A DNA stretch of 64,000 nt from Octopus sinensis (taxonomy: Eukaryota): positions 19,406,001 through 19,470,000 of the forward strand of contig NC_043008.1 in the NCBI RefSeq assembly GCF_006345805.1, read 5' to 3'. A program made the translations under genes and the position numbers. Position 1 is the stretch's first letter; every line of letters starts with the position of its first letter. A model generated the notes under the pieces. It searched no databases and had not been told where the DNA came from. It saw only the letters and a list, made by a program, of their open reading frames with translations. Shown in pieces: positions 25,746 to 39,051 of the stretch.

Positions 25746-25803
<58 letters not shown>

Positions 25804-26407
25804 GTATGTGTGTGCATCGCCAATTGAACCAACACACCAACTTAACCAGATATTCACAATGTTTTTGTTAGCATTCTGCTTGAACGCTCTCAAGAAGAAC
25901 TTAAATAAAACTCCAAGAAAAATCATACATACCTAACATACTTACATACATACATACATACATACCATACATACATACATACATGCACACAGACATACAT
26001 ACATATAGATACGCTCACATATACATTTGATCTGAGCATAAACAGAGTCCTCGACCCAGCGTAAACCTTGGGAGGGCGCTTTGTATCCAGGGTGTCCGAC
26101 AATCGCCTCTTTCTGCCAAATAGTCAGCTTCATTCTGGCGTTTTACGGATGATTAGCGACAAGAGCTACGATATTCCCAGTGAAGCTTTGGGAGTCAACC
26201 AGAATAAACTGGTTGGTTTTCTGGAGAAATTTCGGTCTGAGGCCACTGGATAATTTCCAGAAATCTCTGGGTTGGCAGGGCAGCTAAGGGGCGTTTTTTC
26301 AGTTCAGGATCAATTCTAAAGCCAGGGTAGGGCCGTCAGAAGTGCCTTCCTAGATACCACCACTGAACTTGCGGGCCTTGTGCCAAAATATAAAATTATT
26401 ATTATTA

Positions 26408-26457
<50 letters not shown>

Positions 26458-26473
26458 TATTATTATTATTATC

Positions 26474-26655
26474 ATGGCAGTGAGCTGGCAGAATCGTTAG
26501 CATGCTGGGTTAAATGCTTAGCGGTATTTCATCTGCCACAATAATTCTGAGTTCAGATTTTGCCGAGGTCGACTTTGCCTTTCATCCTTTCGGAGTCGAT
26601 AAATTAAGTACCAGGGAAACACTGGGGTCGATGTAATCGACTAGTCCCCTCCCAC
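26474..26655 (+). mobile_element. SINE group A (alternative tail, truncated), abutting a PLE
   Basis: ggcagtgagctggcagaatcgttagc...gtcgatgtaatcgactagtcccctccc; preceded by (ATT)n. Confidence 0.8.
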
Positions 26656-26658
26656 GTT

Positions 26659-27900
26659 TTGGTCACTAAAGTCAAGTTTTCTAGAGGCAGAATAGTGACA
26701 GAGTTATTTTGCAAGCCTCCGTCATCCCACATTTATCTCCACCGCCGTTCCGATCATCCACATCATATTATTCGGTCAAATCCGAAATCCCAATTTTTGA
26801 GGATAAATCGGATTTGTACGGAGATAGGGGATTATTGGAAACATGAAAATGCTTTTGTACATCATTATGTCAAATGCGGTTACAGTGAATCACGATTAAA
26901 GGAAATAGCAAATGAAATAGCTAAGATTAGCAAAGATAGTCAAACCTTCACGCAAAATTTTATCAAACACAATATAATAGATAACAGAATTCCTTTAGTG
27001 ATTAACTGGCACCGAAATTTCGCTTGCATTTCAAAAGTGTTGCGTATAAGTTACCAGTATGTGGCGAAAAAATATCCTCGTTTCAAACAGATATTTCCTC
27101 AGCCTCCTATTGTAACCTTTAGACGGAATAAGAGAATTATTGACCTTTATTTCTGACTCCAAGAAAACGAACATTGGATTATCTGCACGTTGTACAGCCA
27201 CAAGAGAGGTAAGCCCTGTTCATGGTGCAACAACATGACTCAAGTGAATTCCATCAGGAATCATAACAGATTCCTGTTATGATTTATACAGAAGGTGGGA
27301 CATGTAGAGCTTCCCATTTGGTGTAGGCGGCAGAATGCACGAAACACAACTTGATTTATGTTGGTTGTACAACAGAACAGTTAAGCAAAATGTTTAATGA
27401 ACACAGATTCGACGTCAGGCACAACAGCAGTAGTTCGATAGAACTTGCTGAACATTTCGTTTCAAGCAGCTGCAATTTTGCAAAAGACTCGAAAGTGCAT
27501 ATTCTCAGAAAATATTCTGAATCTTCTACACTTCCACTTCTCAGAATGCATGAGGAGAAGAAATATGTTTGCGGGTTATTAACATCACGCCCTGGAGGAA
27601 TGAATAAAATGACAGGAGAATATCATCAAATATATACAAAACTGTTGGATTAAATATTCTTCTTTTCCTCTTTTTTCTTTCCTATTTTTTCTGTCTTCTT
27701 TTTTCTGTGTCTTTCTTTTCGCCATTTATAAAATTAGAACTTCAAGACTGATGATATCATTCCATCAACGTGTAGACGCTGGTTGGTCTCGTTCATACTT
27801 TACATTTAAATTTCTATAATTAAGAATTTTTATCACTTCTTATTTTGAACTTGACAAAGACAAACTTAATGTCGAAATATCGTTCAACTAATAAAATATC
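26659..27900 (+). mobile_element. Penelope-like element (Neptune-like): RT thumb, Cys linker, GIY-YIG, then 3-prime region with HHR; frameshifted
   Basis: FCKPPSSHIYLHRRSDHPHHIIRSNPKSQFLRINRICT (PLE thumb); ...KPCSWC; IYVGCTTEQLSKMFNEHRFDV...LAEHF...EKKYVCGLLTSRPGGMN stop at 27653. Confidence 0.88.
27845..27887 (+). ncRNA. Minimal type-I hammerhead ribozyme motif, U3:A8 core, AUC cleavage triplet
   Basis: TTGAAC-TTGACAA-A-GACA(AACTTAA)TGTC-GAA-ATAT-C-GTTCAA; about 190 nt after the PLE GIY-YIG stop. Confidence 0.7.
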
Positions 27901-27934
27901 TATTACAATCTAATCGCGCTCTTCGTCTTGACTA

Positions 27935-27944
27935 TTATTATTAC

Positions 27945-28001
<57 letters not shown>

Positions 28002-28008
28002 TATCATC

Positions 28009-28046
<38 letters not shown>

Positions 28047-28050
28047 CATC

Positions 28051-28109
<59 letters not shown>

Positions 28110-28120
28110 CATCATCATCA
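27935..28120. repeat. (ATT)n/(CAT)n microsatellite
   Basis: Direct reading. Confidence 0.95.
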
Positions 28121-28454
28121 TAGCACCGTGCACTTGAAAGTCGACATTTAAATCGCAGACCAAAGGAGGATTCTGTTTCTTTAAAGCGATTAAATGAAAA
28201 TAGTAACATCTTTGTTTTTCCAGTTTCAATGACTCATATCTATTGAAAAAACATTTACAAATTTCTTTTGAAACAAACTCTCGAAGAAGAGACAGTATGA
28301 TAACCGTTTATCTAATTACGCTTGTTAAACTGTAATCATGTGAAACTATTTGCCAATGTGAAGTGCTGTCCTTATAAATACGCCTTGTTTTGCGTTCATC
28401 TAAGTACACATTGTGTTATTCACGCAAATTTTTATTGTTAGAATAATATCAATC

Positions 28455-28602
28455 ATAATAATAATAATAATAATAATAATAATGGTAATAATAATAATAA
28501 TAAAAATAAAAATAATAAAATTATAATGATAATAATTACAATATACTACTACTACTACTGTTACTACTACTGTTACTACTACTACTACAACTACTACTAT
28601 TT

Positions 28603-28639
<37 letters not shown>

Positions 28640-28787
28640 GCTACTGCTGCTGCTGCTGCTGCCGATACAACTGTGACTACTACTACTATTGCTGCTGCTA
28701 CTACTACTACTACAAATACTACTACTACTGCTACAACTACAACTACTACTACAACTACCACGACAACCACTACTACTACTACTACAG
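28455..28787. repeat. (AAT)n, (TAC)n and (GCT)n compound microsatellite
   Basis: Direct reading; source of the poly-T/V/Y ORFs. Confidence 0.95.
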
Positions 28788-29219
28788 ACACGAACAACGA
28801 CAGAAACTGCTCTTTCCAGAACACCAGGAGGATATCATGGTAAAATTGTTTCGTCCTCATTGCTACAAACCGACGACTAGGGGGTAACTTTTCACCTCCG
28901 AAACAATCCGTAGCGATTTCGCGTGACAGAGAAAAGAAGGGGGGAAGTGGATGAAGGAGAAGGAGAAAGGCTACGAATACACGAGGGAGAAAGAGAAAAG
29001 GAGTAAGTAGAGAGGCTAGAATATAAGTAACAGAAGAAGAGAAAGAAAAAGGGGAAAGAATGAATAAGACAGAATTTACGACTGGTCTGCTCATGGACCA
29101 GTCTTAGAAAAAAAGGAAAAGAGGCCCTGGCCGCTGGTCACATGACAGCAACAGGCAGAGGAGAAGGACAACAGGGAGAGGGGCGACAGAGAAAAGTGGT
29201 CCATAACAGATGTACAATT

Positions 29220-29485
29220 TCTCCGTGTTTTTTGTCCTTGTTTTCGTATACATTCGCTCGCTTTCTTGCAAAGAATCTACTGCTCTTAGCTTAGATTTCC
29301 TTGGGGCCGGCCAAACTGGAGCAGTCTCGAGTGTAACTGGCCGATACTGCAACGACGATCGGGAACTCGAATGACAAAAGAAAGCTTCTATTGAACCGTC
29401 CTTGTTTTTTCCTGTCCTTTTTTGAATCATCTATCTCTCCGGGTGGTTTTTGTCGCCTGTTACGTTCTTGTTCCATTTTCTTTAT
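29220..29485 (+). mobile_element. Non-coding repeat related to 11570-11800 (probable pLTR)
   Basis: By-eye alignment; ends at a (TA)n/(TACA)n tract. Confidence 0.45.
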
Positions 29486-29520
29486 ATATACATAAAGCGG
29501 CGTACGTACACTTTTGGTCA

Positions 29521-29570
<50 letters not shown>

Positions 29571-30367
29571 CATACATATACATACATACATACATACATA
29601 CATACATACATACATACATACATACACACACACATATATATTTATATATAGTAGTCCGTTTGTGTGGTTCTGTGTAGTAGTAGGAACATTTGTTCTTTTT
29701 GTTAGCTTATTCTATATTTTCTTGATGCTCCAAATATTTTAATTGAAATATTCAGTACAGTAACTCCCATTAATTGCAGTATACATTCGTGAGGGCTTTA
29801 CGCGATTAATTGGATAGGCCGGAACATAATTGATTGGAATATATTCGTTGAGGGAACTAATTTACTACTTTCATTAAATGAACATTGAATTTCACCGACA
29901 GATTCGTGTTAACATAGTAACACATTCCTTCTTAATTTGTATATAATTCTTTGTATGTCTCCATAAATGGTCCATCATAGTTTGGTTTGCTTTCAATATT
30001 ATATTTTATAATTATAATTGGTCAATTTAGACGCAGCAAGTTGAAGAGATGTATCACACTACAGAACTATGAATGTAATTAAAAAACAATTCGCTTTCAA
30101 TCGAACATTAATGAACAATATATAACGACTGAATTTTTCTGAAATTTGTAAAGGAAGTCAAACGAGATTTCTAATTAGGATCTAATTAACCCCTTAAATA
30201 TTGTGTAGCTGTGCTGTTCTTTCATTCGTCTTTTTTTATTTTATCATTAAAATGTAAATTTTTTCTGGGATGCACTAAAACACTTTAAAGTAAGATTTAA
30301 GTTTGTAAACGAAATCGTGTTTTCTACTGTCATGCATTTAAAACAACAATCAGAAATAATATATTAT

Positions 30368-30913
30368 ATAAAATCCGTTCTGTCTGTCTCTGTGTGTATC
30401 TTCTAGGATCTCGGGCATCCTCCATCCGATTGTGCTCAAATTTGATATGTAGATACAGACGGTATCAGGGCGTATATAAGTCTTGAAAAATTACCAAAAT
30501 CGATTCCAGGTGAGAATGCGATCGATAAAGCCCTTTTTGTCCTGCTTTTCTTCTGTCAACCTGTACATATCTGCACCTTCCATTTTTTGTTGTTTTTGTA
30601 CTGCTTAAAGTCACGTTTCTTTCCTGCCAAGCTTACTGTTTAAACCGTGTTTGTGTTCTCCCAGTCAACAGCCTTATCATTACTGGTACTTTAAACTCTT
30701 CGGCTGCATATTTGTGTGAATAAAATCGTTTTTCTTTGGAATAGAAAAAAAGTCTATCTTTATTTCTTCATTTGCTGGTGTCTCGAATTTAGGTTACATC
30801 AGTGTTTCTCAAAGGGGAGGCATATGGGACGGTCGGAAAGTTGTTTTCAGGAAATTTTGTTTAAATGCTTGACAGCTGAGCACCGTCCATCGGACGGGGG
30901 GCATTTTGCTCGT
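30368..30913 (+). mobile_element. Non-autonomous Helitron/Helentron (DINE-1-like) element
   Basis: 5-prime atccgtt plus (GTCT/GT)n, ccgatt..gctcaaatttgatatgtag core, 3-prime hairpin ccgtcc-atc-ggacgg (30883-30897) then ctcgt; second copy at 52984-53964. The superfamily call is inference from architecture. Confidence 0.55.
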
Positions 30914-31636
30914 TTTTGTATATGAAGAACGTTCCATTGATGAAATCTCGCCCTTATGACTATTCTCTGTAAATCCCTTCAATTATTAATGAACTAATCC
31001 ACATAACTCTTTCTTTCTAATTTTGGCACAAGGTCAGTAATTTTCAGGGGAGATAGCAAGTTGATGATATTGACTGGTTCTTTATTTCATCGACCCCAAT
31101 ATGATGAAATGCCAAGTAGACTTTGACGGGATTTGAACTCAAAACCCTAAGAGCGGGAACAAACACCTATTTTCGGCGCTTAACGATTTACATTTTCGTT
31201 ACATTTTCGCTAAACTGCATAATTAAAAATATTCATTGTTGCAGTACAGTACCAGTACAGTCATGACCAACAAGTTACTTTTTTCTCATATGCAGAAAAT
31301 ACAGGACTATATTGATCAATGTTTTCATTTCTCAGATAATTGGGTGTGATTCGAAGGAGACTTAGCTGCTATTTCTAGAAGGTCGAGAGTGGAAATTCCT
31401 CTTCAAAAACGGTAATTTTCTTCATCCTTCTTTTATCTCCCAAACATCGACCGTTATTGCGGACACTTGAATTGATCTTATAAATACTAATTGTATGTGC
31501 TATATTACTATTTTCTCATACGTCTTCCACAGTCTTCGGCGAAACTTCGAAGTTACTGCCAGTCCTTTTCGTGATAAATATTTTAACCTAAAATTCGTTT
31601 GAAGCAATTTCGGTTGTGGCTCGTTGTCTTTGTGGT

Positions 31637-31784
31637 GACCGGGAAAAAAAGTCACAGTAATAAAGTTACACTTTTGGCTAGGAAAAAAACTCACAGGAAA
31701 AAGTCAGAATTAATTTACGGGATCCGGACAAAACCTCCCCAAGACAAATCTTTTTTTTTTTCCTGTGACTTTTTACCTGGATTC
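31637..31784. mobile_element. Short MITE-like element with repeated GGAAAAAAAGTCACA motifs
   Basis: Ends gaccgggaaaaaaagtcaca / tgtgactttttacctggattc; internal ggatccggacaaaac; second copy at 38375-38567. Confidence 0.6.
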
Positions 31785-32546
31785 ATTTCTGGATAATTAA
31801 GAACACACATACATAATATCATTCATTACTGAGCTGGCAACATTATTAGATCGTCAGAAAAGTATAGGAATACCTCGCAGTATAAGTTTAATTCGTTCCA
31901 TGATGGAGCTCGTCTTACAGTTTACTCGTTTTACAAATCAATTTTTTCCAATTGAAATTTTCTAAAATATAATTAATCCGTTCCAGTCCCACAAATCACT
32001 CACAATAATTTTCTGTGGGTTTTAAAACAGGAAAGGTGTAGTTACAAGTAAAATAACAATTATAAAAAGAGTATGCAAAAGAAATATGTAAAGCGGTTTT
32101 ATTAATTGAATTACCTTAAAGATGGGATAATTAGCATGCTCGTACTGCGGATTTCTGCTCGTACTTCAAGACCAAAATTTGCATGAGTCTCGGCTGGCAC
32201 AGCAAATTATTCGTACAACGGGGCACTCGTACTGCGAGGTTCTACTGTACTTGGGAGTATTTGTTCCGGCTCTTTATGTTCTGAGCTCAAAACCTACCGA
32301 AGTCAAATTTGCCTTTTGTCCCATCGAGGTAAATAAAATAATGTAACGATCAAGTGCTGGCGTCGATGATATTCACTAATCTCATACCTCAAAAAAATAT
32401 CGACGTGTTCAAATATCGCCGTGTTCAACTTTCCCTCTAATAGAATTAAAATAGAATTAGTACCAGTTGTGTATTGGGGTCGATGTGATTGACTAAATCC
32501 TTTCCCCAAAATTTCAGGTCTTGTGCTTATAATAAGAAGGATTATT

Positions 32547-32720
32547 AAGGCGGCGAGAAAGCAGAATCGTTACCGCGCCGGACAAAATGCTTTGCAGCAT
32601 TTCGTCCGTCCTTACGTTCTGAGTTAAAATTCCGCTGAGGTTGCTTTTATCCTTTCGATAAACTTATGCCACCACAGAATTTGCTGGCCTTGAGCCAAAA
32701 TATAAAATTATTATTATTAT
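32547..32720 (+). mobile_element. SINE group A, deleted copy ending in (ATT)n
   Basis: aaggcggcgagaaagcagaatcgtt... then ggccttgagccaaaatataaaattattatt. Confidence 0.7.
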
Positions 32721-32745
32721 TATTATTATTATTGCTATTATTATT

Positions 32746-33512
32746 AAGGCGGCGAGCTGGCAGAAACGTTAGCACGCTGGGCGAAATGCTTCGCGGTATT
32801 TCGTCTGTCGTTACGTTGTGAGTTCAAATTCCGCCGAGGTCGACTTTGCCTTTCATCCTTTCGGGGTCGATAAATTAAGTACCAGTTACGCACTGGGGTC
32901 AATGTAATCGACTTAATACCTATGTCTGTCCTTGTTTGTCCCCTCTATGTTTAGCCCCTTGTGGGTAATAAAGAAATAGGTATTTCGTCTGCGTTACGTT
33001 GTGAGTTCAAATTCCGCCGAGGTCGACTTTGCCTTTCATCCTTTCGGAGTCGATAAATTAAGTACCAGTTACGCACTGGGGTCGATGTAATCGACTTAAT
33101 ACCTATGTCTGTCCTTGTTTGTCCCCTCTGTGTTTAGCCCCTTGTGGGTAATAAAGAAATAGGTATTTCGTCTGCCATTACGTTCTGAGTTCAAATTCCG
33201 CCGAGGTCGACTTTGCCTTTCATCCTTTCGGGGTCAATTAAATAAGTACCAGTTACGCACTGGGGTCGATGTAATCGACTTAATACCTATGTCTGTCCTT
33301 GTTTGTCCCCTCTGTGTTTAGCCCCTTGTGGGTACTAAAGAAATAGGTATTTCGTCTGCCATTACGTTCCGAGTTCAAATTGCGCCAGGTCGACTTTACT
33401 TTTCTTCCATTCGGGATCGATAAATTAAGTACCAGTGAAACGCTGGAGTCGATGTAATCGATTAGTCTCCTCCGGCTAAATTTCAGTCCTTGTCCTTATA
33501 GTAGAAATGATT
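32746..33512 (+). mobile_element. SINE group A, head plus 4 tandem units
   Basis: Units start GGTATT at 32795, 32979, 33162 and 33346 (periods 184/183/184); the last unit has the alternative tail. Confidence 0.92.
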
Positions 33513-33844
33513 ATTAATATGAAAAAGTACAGTTTATCTAAATTTAATCATTGCATATATGTTTTGAACTAGCTGACTTGTTGTTCTTTGAACATTTTCT
33601 TTTGAACCTTAGCGCACTTATCTCTATAACTGTTACCAACCTGTGTTCTTATCTGCCAGTTGACGATAAAACTAATATTCAAAGCTTAAAAGTAATCTAG
33701 AATAACGAATATAATTTAACAAAATGAACAAAAAAAAAAAGAGAAAAGGATAAATTGAGCGTCATGGTAGTTTTCATGATTAAATGGAAAGCTGCTTCAT
33801 ATATATCCATGCATATACATATGCGTATGTACTTATATGTTGAT

Positions 33845-34137
33845 GCTGTTTGTTCCTTCTCAAGCCATGCCTGGCTCATAGGGGCCGGTTTTCCGGTTTC
33901 CTTGGCGTATAGGTTCCCAACCTGAACGACACGCCGGTCCGTCGCAGGTGAGCAGCTAGATGCAGGAGGAAAGAGTGAGAGAAAATTGTGACGAAAGAGT
34001 CAGCAGAAGTTCGCCATTACCTTCTGCCGGAGCCGCGTGGAGCTTAGGTGTTTCGGTCATAAACACACGCATCGCCCGGTCTGAGTTTCGAACCCGCGAT
34101 CCCTCTGCTCTAACCACTAGGCCATGTACCTCCACAC
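33845..34137 (-). mobile_element. SINE group C (head, body Y, tail 2)
   Basis: Related copy at 45590-45895. Confidence 0.8.
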
Positions 34138-34987
34138 TTTATATGTAGGTATGTACATCAATTCTACTATAGGTAAAGGACCTGAAATTTTGGGGAAGGG
34201 GACCAGTTGATTACATCGATCCTAATGTTCAAAGGTATTTATTTCATCGACCCCGGAACGATGAATGGCAAAATGTGCCTCAGCGGATTTTGAACCCAGA
34301 ATGTAAACACCGACGAAATAACAATAATCATTTTGTCCTGGTTGCTAACGAGTCTGCCAGCCCGCCTTATGTAAACGCACACACACAGATCGTAAAGAAG
34401 GACGAAATACCACTAAGCATGGCATACTAACTATTATACCAGCTCACCGCCTTACTTTTTAAAGTGTAATATTAAGATATTGATAAGTTTAACTTATTCT
34501 GAAACTAACTTTAAAATATTAATTTTGAAAAATTAGATATTAGATTTTAGAATATTAAATTTACAAATATTAAATTTAGTACGCTTACAAGATTATTCAA
34601 ATATCTATAATTTTTCCGAATTTGTTAAAATATACACATTTATTTCAATAATATGTGCAAACACCTGTGTCAGGTGTGTAGTGTGTAGGTCAGGTTACAT
34701 GATTATTTGTTGGACTGAAATTGAAGTTAAATAAAAACAAGTAGAAAAGTAAAATGAAATACAACTAAAAACTAAAAATTGAAAAAGAGAAACATTTAAT
34801 AGAAAGAAGTCTCATCATTTCTGAAGTACGACAGATACATAGAATATAAAGGTTTTGTACATTTTCTATCAACGAATGTTTATTAATATGTTGTTTGGTG
34901 GTAATTTAAAATTCATAGGCAACATTTCAGTGCAAACATTATATGATGCTTTATTTTGGATATTTTAGCACAGCATGTGAGACAACA

Positions 34988-35035
<48 letters not shown>

Positions 35036-35572
35036 GCCAAAAGTTTAGGAGTTATAGAATCTCCTTTATTACCTTACAGCTGTTTCTGGTATAAGAATCA
35101 GTCAGAGCTGAGTGCTTTGGCAACGTAACATCCTACAGCTACGTTGTAGCCATTAAAATGGGATGTATTTGTATTTCGGAGAAATGTTATATACATCGGC
35201 TTAATTATATTCAGAACTATATATATAACAATATGATATAGTATAATGGGGAGAACGTCGTGGAATGGGTACTTGGACTTCAATGTATTTAAAACAAAGA
35301 GACCTACAATATCATAGATATCAGCGTTGTCATATGACCCCTTCGATACATCGAACAGTTCATCTGTATCTCACGTTTTTTTTACTCACACTGAGACCTT
35401 ACTAAACAGGAGCATTTTTCTCGATGCTGGTCTATATAGAGACGAAGAGACGATAGATTAGATATTTTCAATAGCTGTGATGGTCACAACCTATAATAAA
35501 TTTGAGAAACAACTCACCACCACCTTTAGTCAATTAGGTCTTAAAATCTCAATCGTTACTAATATGGCAATG

Positions 35573-35685
35573 CAGTAGTCCCTCACCACTTCGCGGTTCA
35601 CCTGTCACGGTTCACCTATCGCAGTTCACCTGTCGAGATATATTACGTAAGCTAACGTCGATTCCTCCGTGGTGTTGTTTTGCAT

Positions 35686-35734
<49 letters not shown>

Positions 35735-35973
35735 TTTATTTAAAAGAAGCAGAAATATAACAAAAGCAGTTTCTCAGAGTTTTAACTTCAATTTTTATTT
35801 AACAAAACTGTCCGACTAAAGCGAACGTGTAATTCTGAGTAGCAGCTTTTGCTATATTTCTGCTGCTTTTAAATAAAACATATTACTCTACTTCTGGTAT
35901 TTGAGTATTCTCTTTTCCACCTTATTTCACATCTATGTACTTACTCCGTGAGATATATATATATATGTATATA

Positions 35974-36031
<58 letters not shown>

Positions 36032-36041
36032 ATATATATAG

Positions 36042-36088
<47 letters not shown>

Positions 36089-36204
36089 AATTATAAAAAT
36101 AATAATAAAAAAAATATACAGTACAGTACTGCTTCTACTTTGCGGATTTCCGCCTATCACGGGTGTTTTGGAACGTAATACCCGTAATAGTCGTGGGATT
36201 ACTG
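35573..36204. mobile_element. Tigger/pogo-like MITE ends enclosing a nested repeat and (TA)n
   Basis: Left cagtagtccctcaccacttcgcgg; the right end reverse-complements to cagtaatcccacgactattacggg, which matches the TIR at 42405. Confidence 0.5.
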
Positions 36205-36239
36205 TGATCGAATTTTAGACGATTTGCTGGATCAGGAGT

Positions 36240-36758
<519 letters not shown>

Positions 36759-36829
36759 ATTTCTTACCATTAACCTAACGAGAATCTTTTCAACATACAC
36801 AGTCTTCTCACACACACATCGTAGCGTTT

Positions 36830-37470
36830 AAAAACCTTATAACCAACATTAACAGCAGAATATCTAATCTCTCTTCCTCTACAGAAATTTTCAAGAAGGC
36901 AGCCCCCCCCACTACAACAGTGCCCTAGACAATAGTGGCTTTAATGATGAAGTAATTTACAACCCCTTTAGTAATAATACAAATACCATTAATAGACCTC
37001 AAAAATATACCTAGGAGAATAATTCAGTTACCCTTCCCTTCTTTCTCGTAATGTTAAAACTAACTTAGGTAAAGGATTCCTGTCTCTCTTAGATAAGCGT
37101 TTTCCCACAGAGAAATACTCAACAGGCGCTCCGTCTTATTATCATACAGCTGCTGCCCCAATATGAGGAATATCATCGCATGCAAACACCAAGAACCTAC
37201 TCCTAGTGGTAACTGTTGAGACCCACGAATCTATTCACTCGACCAAAATTAAATCAATCATAATTCAGGCAGAAGTTTTAGCATCTATAGATGATAGCAT
37301 AAGCGAAAAGAAGAATTACATCGGGCTATGTGAAGGCGGATTCAAACATCGCTATGCTAACCACATATCTTCCTTCTGGTCCAGGGATAAAAGTAATGTT
37401 GGTTGGCTACGTATGGTGTTTGAAGTTTTACATCACACCACGTGCAATACAGCGGAAAATAGTTGAAGAT
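36830..37470 (+). mobile_element. Degenerate PLE of a second clade (Naiad-like), thumb to GIY-YIG
   Basis: NINSRISNLSSSTEIFKKAAPHYNSAL..SGF; SRNVKTNLGKGFLSLLDKRFP; LSYSCCPNMRNII; KNYIGLCEGGFKHRYANHISSF. The clade name is from recall. Confidence 0.75.
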
Positions 37471-37481
37471 TATACAACATA

Positions 37482-37887
37482 TACTCTTTTACTCTTTTAC
37501 TTGTTTCAGTCATTTGGTTGCGGCCATGCTGGAGCACCGCCTTTAATCGAACAACTCGACCCCAGGACTTATTCTTTTGTAAGCCCAGTACTTATTCTAT
37601 CGGCCTCTTTTGCCGAACCGCTCAGTAACGGGGACATAAACACACCAACATTAGTTGTCAAGCAATGCTAAGGGGACAAACACAGGCACACAAACACACA
37701 CACACATATATATACATATATATGACGGGCTTCTTTCAGTTTCCGTCTACCAAATCCACTCACAAGGCTTTAGTCGGCCCGAGGCTATAGTAGAAGACAT
37801 TTGCCCAAGGTGCCAGGCAGTGGGACTGAACCCGGAACTATGTGGCTGGTAAACAAGCTACTTACCACACAGCCACTCCTGCGCCTA
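37482..37887 (-). mobile_element. SINE group B, full length
   Basis: Near-consensus head and tail. Confidence 0.92.
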
Positions 37888-38177
37888 TATGTCAACGGAT
37901 CAAAAAAATATGTATGCTATGCGTATCTGAAAGGACACATCCTTTTCAGATTTCAGAACCCCACCTCACTGCTGAATTACAGATCTGAAATTTTCTTCGG
38001 ATGGAAACATATGGCTAAGTTCTTATTGGCAATTTGGAAGATACCACCCTCACAAGACTTTAGGTCCCTATCCATTCATACTTTATGACTTTAATGTTAA
38101 AGGGGACATAACTCTAAATCCCCCCTTTTTCTTTTTCTATTTTCCTTCCGTTTTCCAGTGTTTTCAACCTTTCACAT

Positions 38178-38595
38178 TCATTTTCACGTTGCTCCAGTCC
38201 ACTCAGCTGGCAAAAATGAGTAGTATTTGTATTTCAAAGCTCCAGCCTTGGTACACACTGTGTCACGTTGAATCTCCATGAGAACTGCGTTAAGTGTTCA
38301 CGTGTCTCGGGAATGCTCAACCACTTGCACAAGCAGGCTGTTCTATTTATCGTATCAGCTAGGACAATCGTCGGTGACCGGTAATAAAGTCATAAGAAAA
38401 AAGTCACAATTAATTTATTGGATCCGGACAAAACCCCTCTAGGACACAGCCCCATCATACACCCCACCCCATCATCGACAAAAGTCTTGTGACTTTTTTC
38501 CTGCGATTTTTTTCCCATGACATTTTTCCTGTAACATTTTTGTCTGTGACTTTTTAACCTGGATTCCCCTCGTCGCCAAAACCGACGGACTTCTC
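38178..38595 (+). mobile_element. SINE group C (body X, tail 5) interrupted by the MITE at 38375-38567
   Basis: The SINE tail resumes ccctcgtcgccaaaccgacgga after the MITE. Confidence 0.65.
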
Positions 38596-38620
38596 CTATA
38601 TGTTATATTTATATATATAT

Positions 38621-38907
38621 AATTTAAAGGACTGACCACTAAAACAGAACAGTCAATATGCTAGATATAGACGTCAAAATCGCTATTTTCCACGAAGAAT
38701 GTGTTCTCAAGAAAAAACTCAGCAAAAAAAACAAAGTGTAAAAAATAAGCAAAACAAATGAAAATTTTCATTTATCTTGCTTATTTTTCACGCTTTGGTT
38801 TTTTGCTGAGTTTTTTCTTGAGAACACATTCTTCGTGGAAAATAGCGATTTTGACGTCTATATCTAGCATAATGATTGTCCACTTTCAGTGGTCAGTCCT
38901 TTAAATT
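38621..38907. repeat. Long zero-loop palindrome (about 143-bp arms)
   Basis: Centre tgaaaa|ttttca at 38764/38765; inner arm blocks such as tatgctagatatagacgtcaaaatcgctattttccacgaagaatgtgttctcaagaaaaaactcagc are near-perfectly mirrored. Confidence 0.92.
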
Positions 38908-38997
38908 TTGTATGTAAAAAATATTTTAATCTTCGAATTTTTTTAATATGCTGGGCCACTGGTTTTAATTGATTATTATCAATTTCTACCCTTATTC

Positions 38998-39051
<54 letters not shown>

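Noticed and set aside
25690-25750. ...gcaccctgTA as a mariner right TIR
   Set aside because: No matching left TIR or transposase identified nearby.
26040-26350. GC-richer segment with a short protein-like frame (RIDPELKKRPL...)
   Set aside because: Possibly a LINE remnant, but no diagnostic motif; not called.
32746-33512. Regular repeat array as CRISPR or tRNA gene cluster
   Set aside because: Whole 184-bp units repeat without unique spacers, and the heads lack a full cloverleaf. These are SINE multimers.
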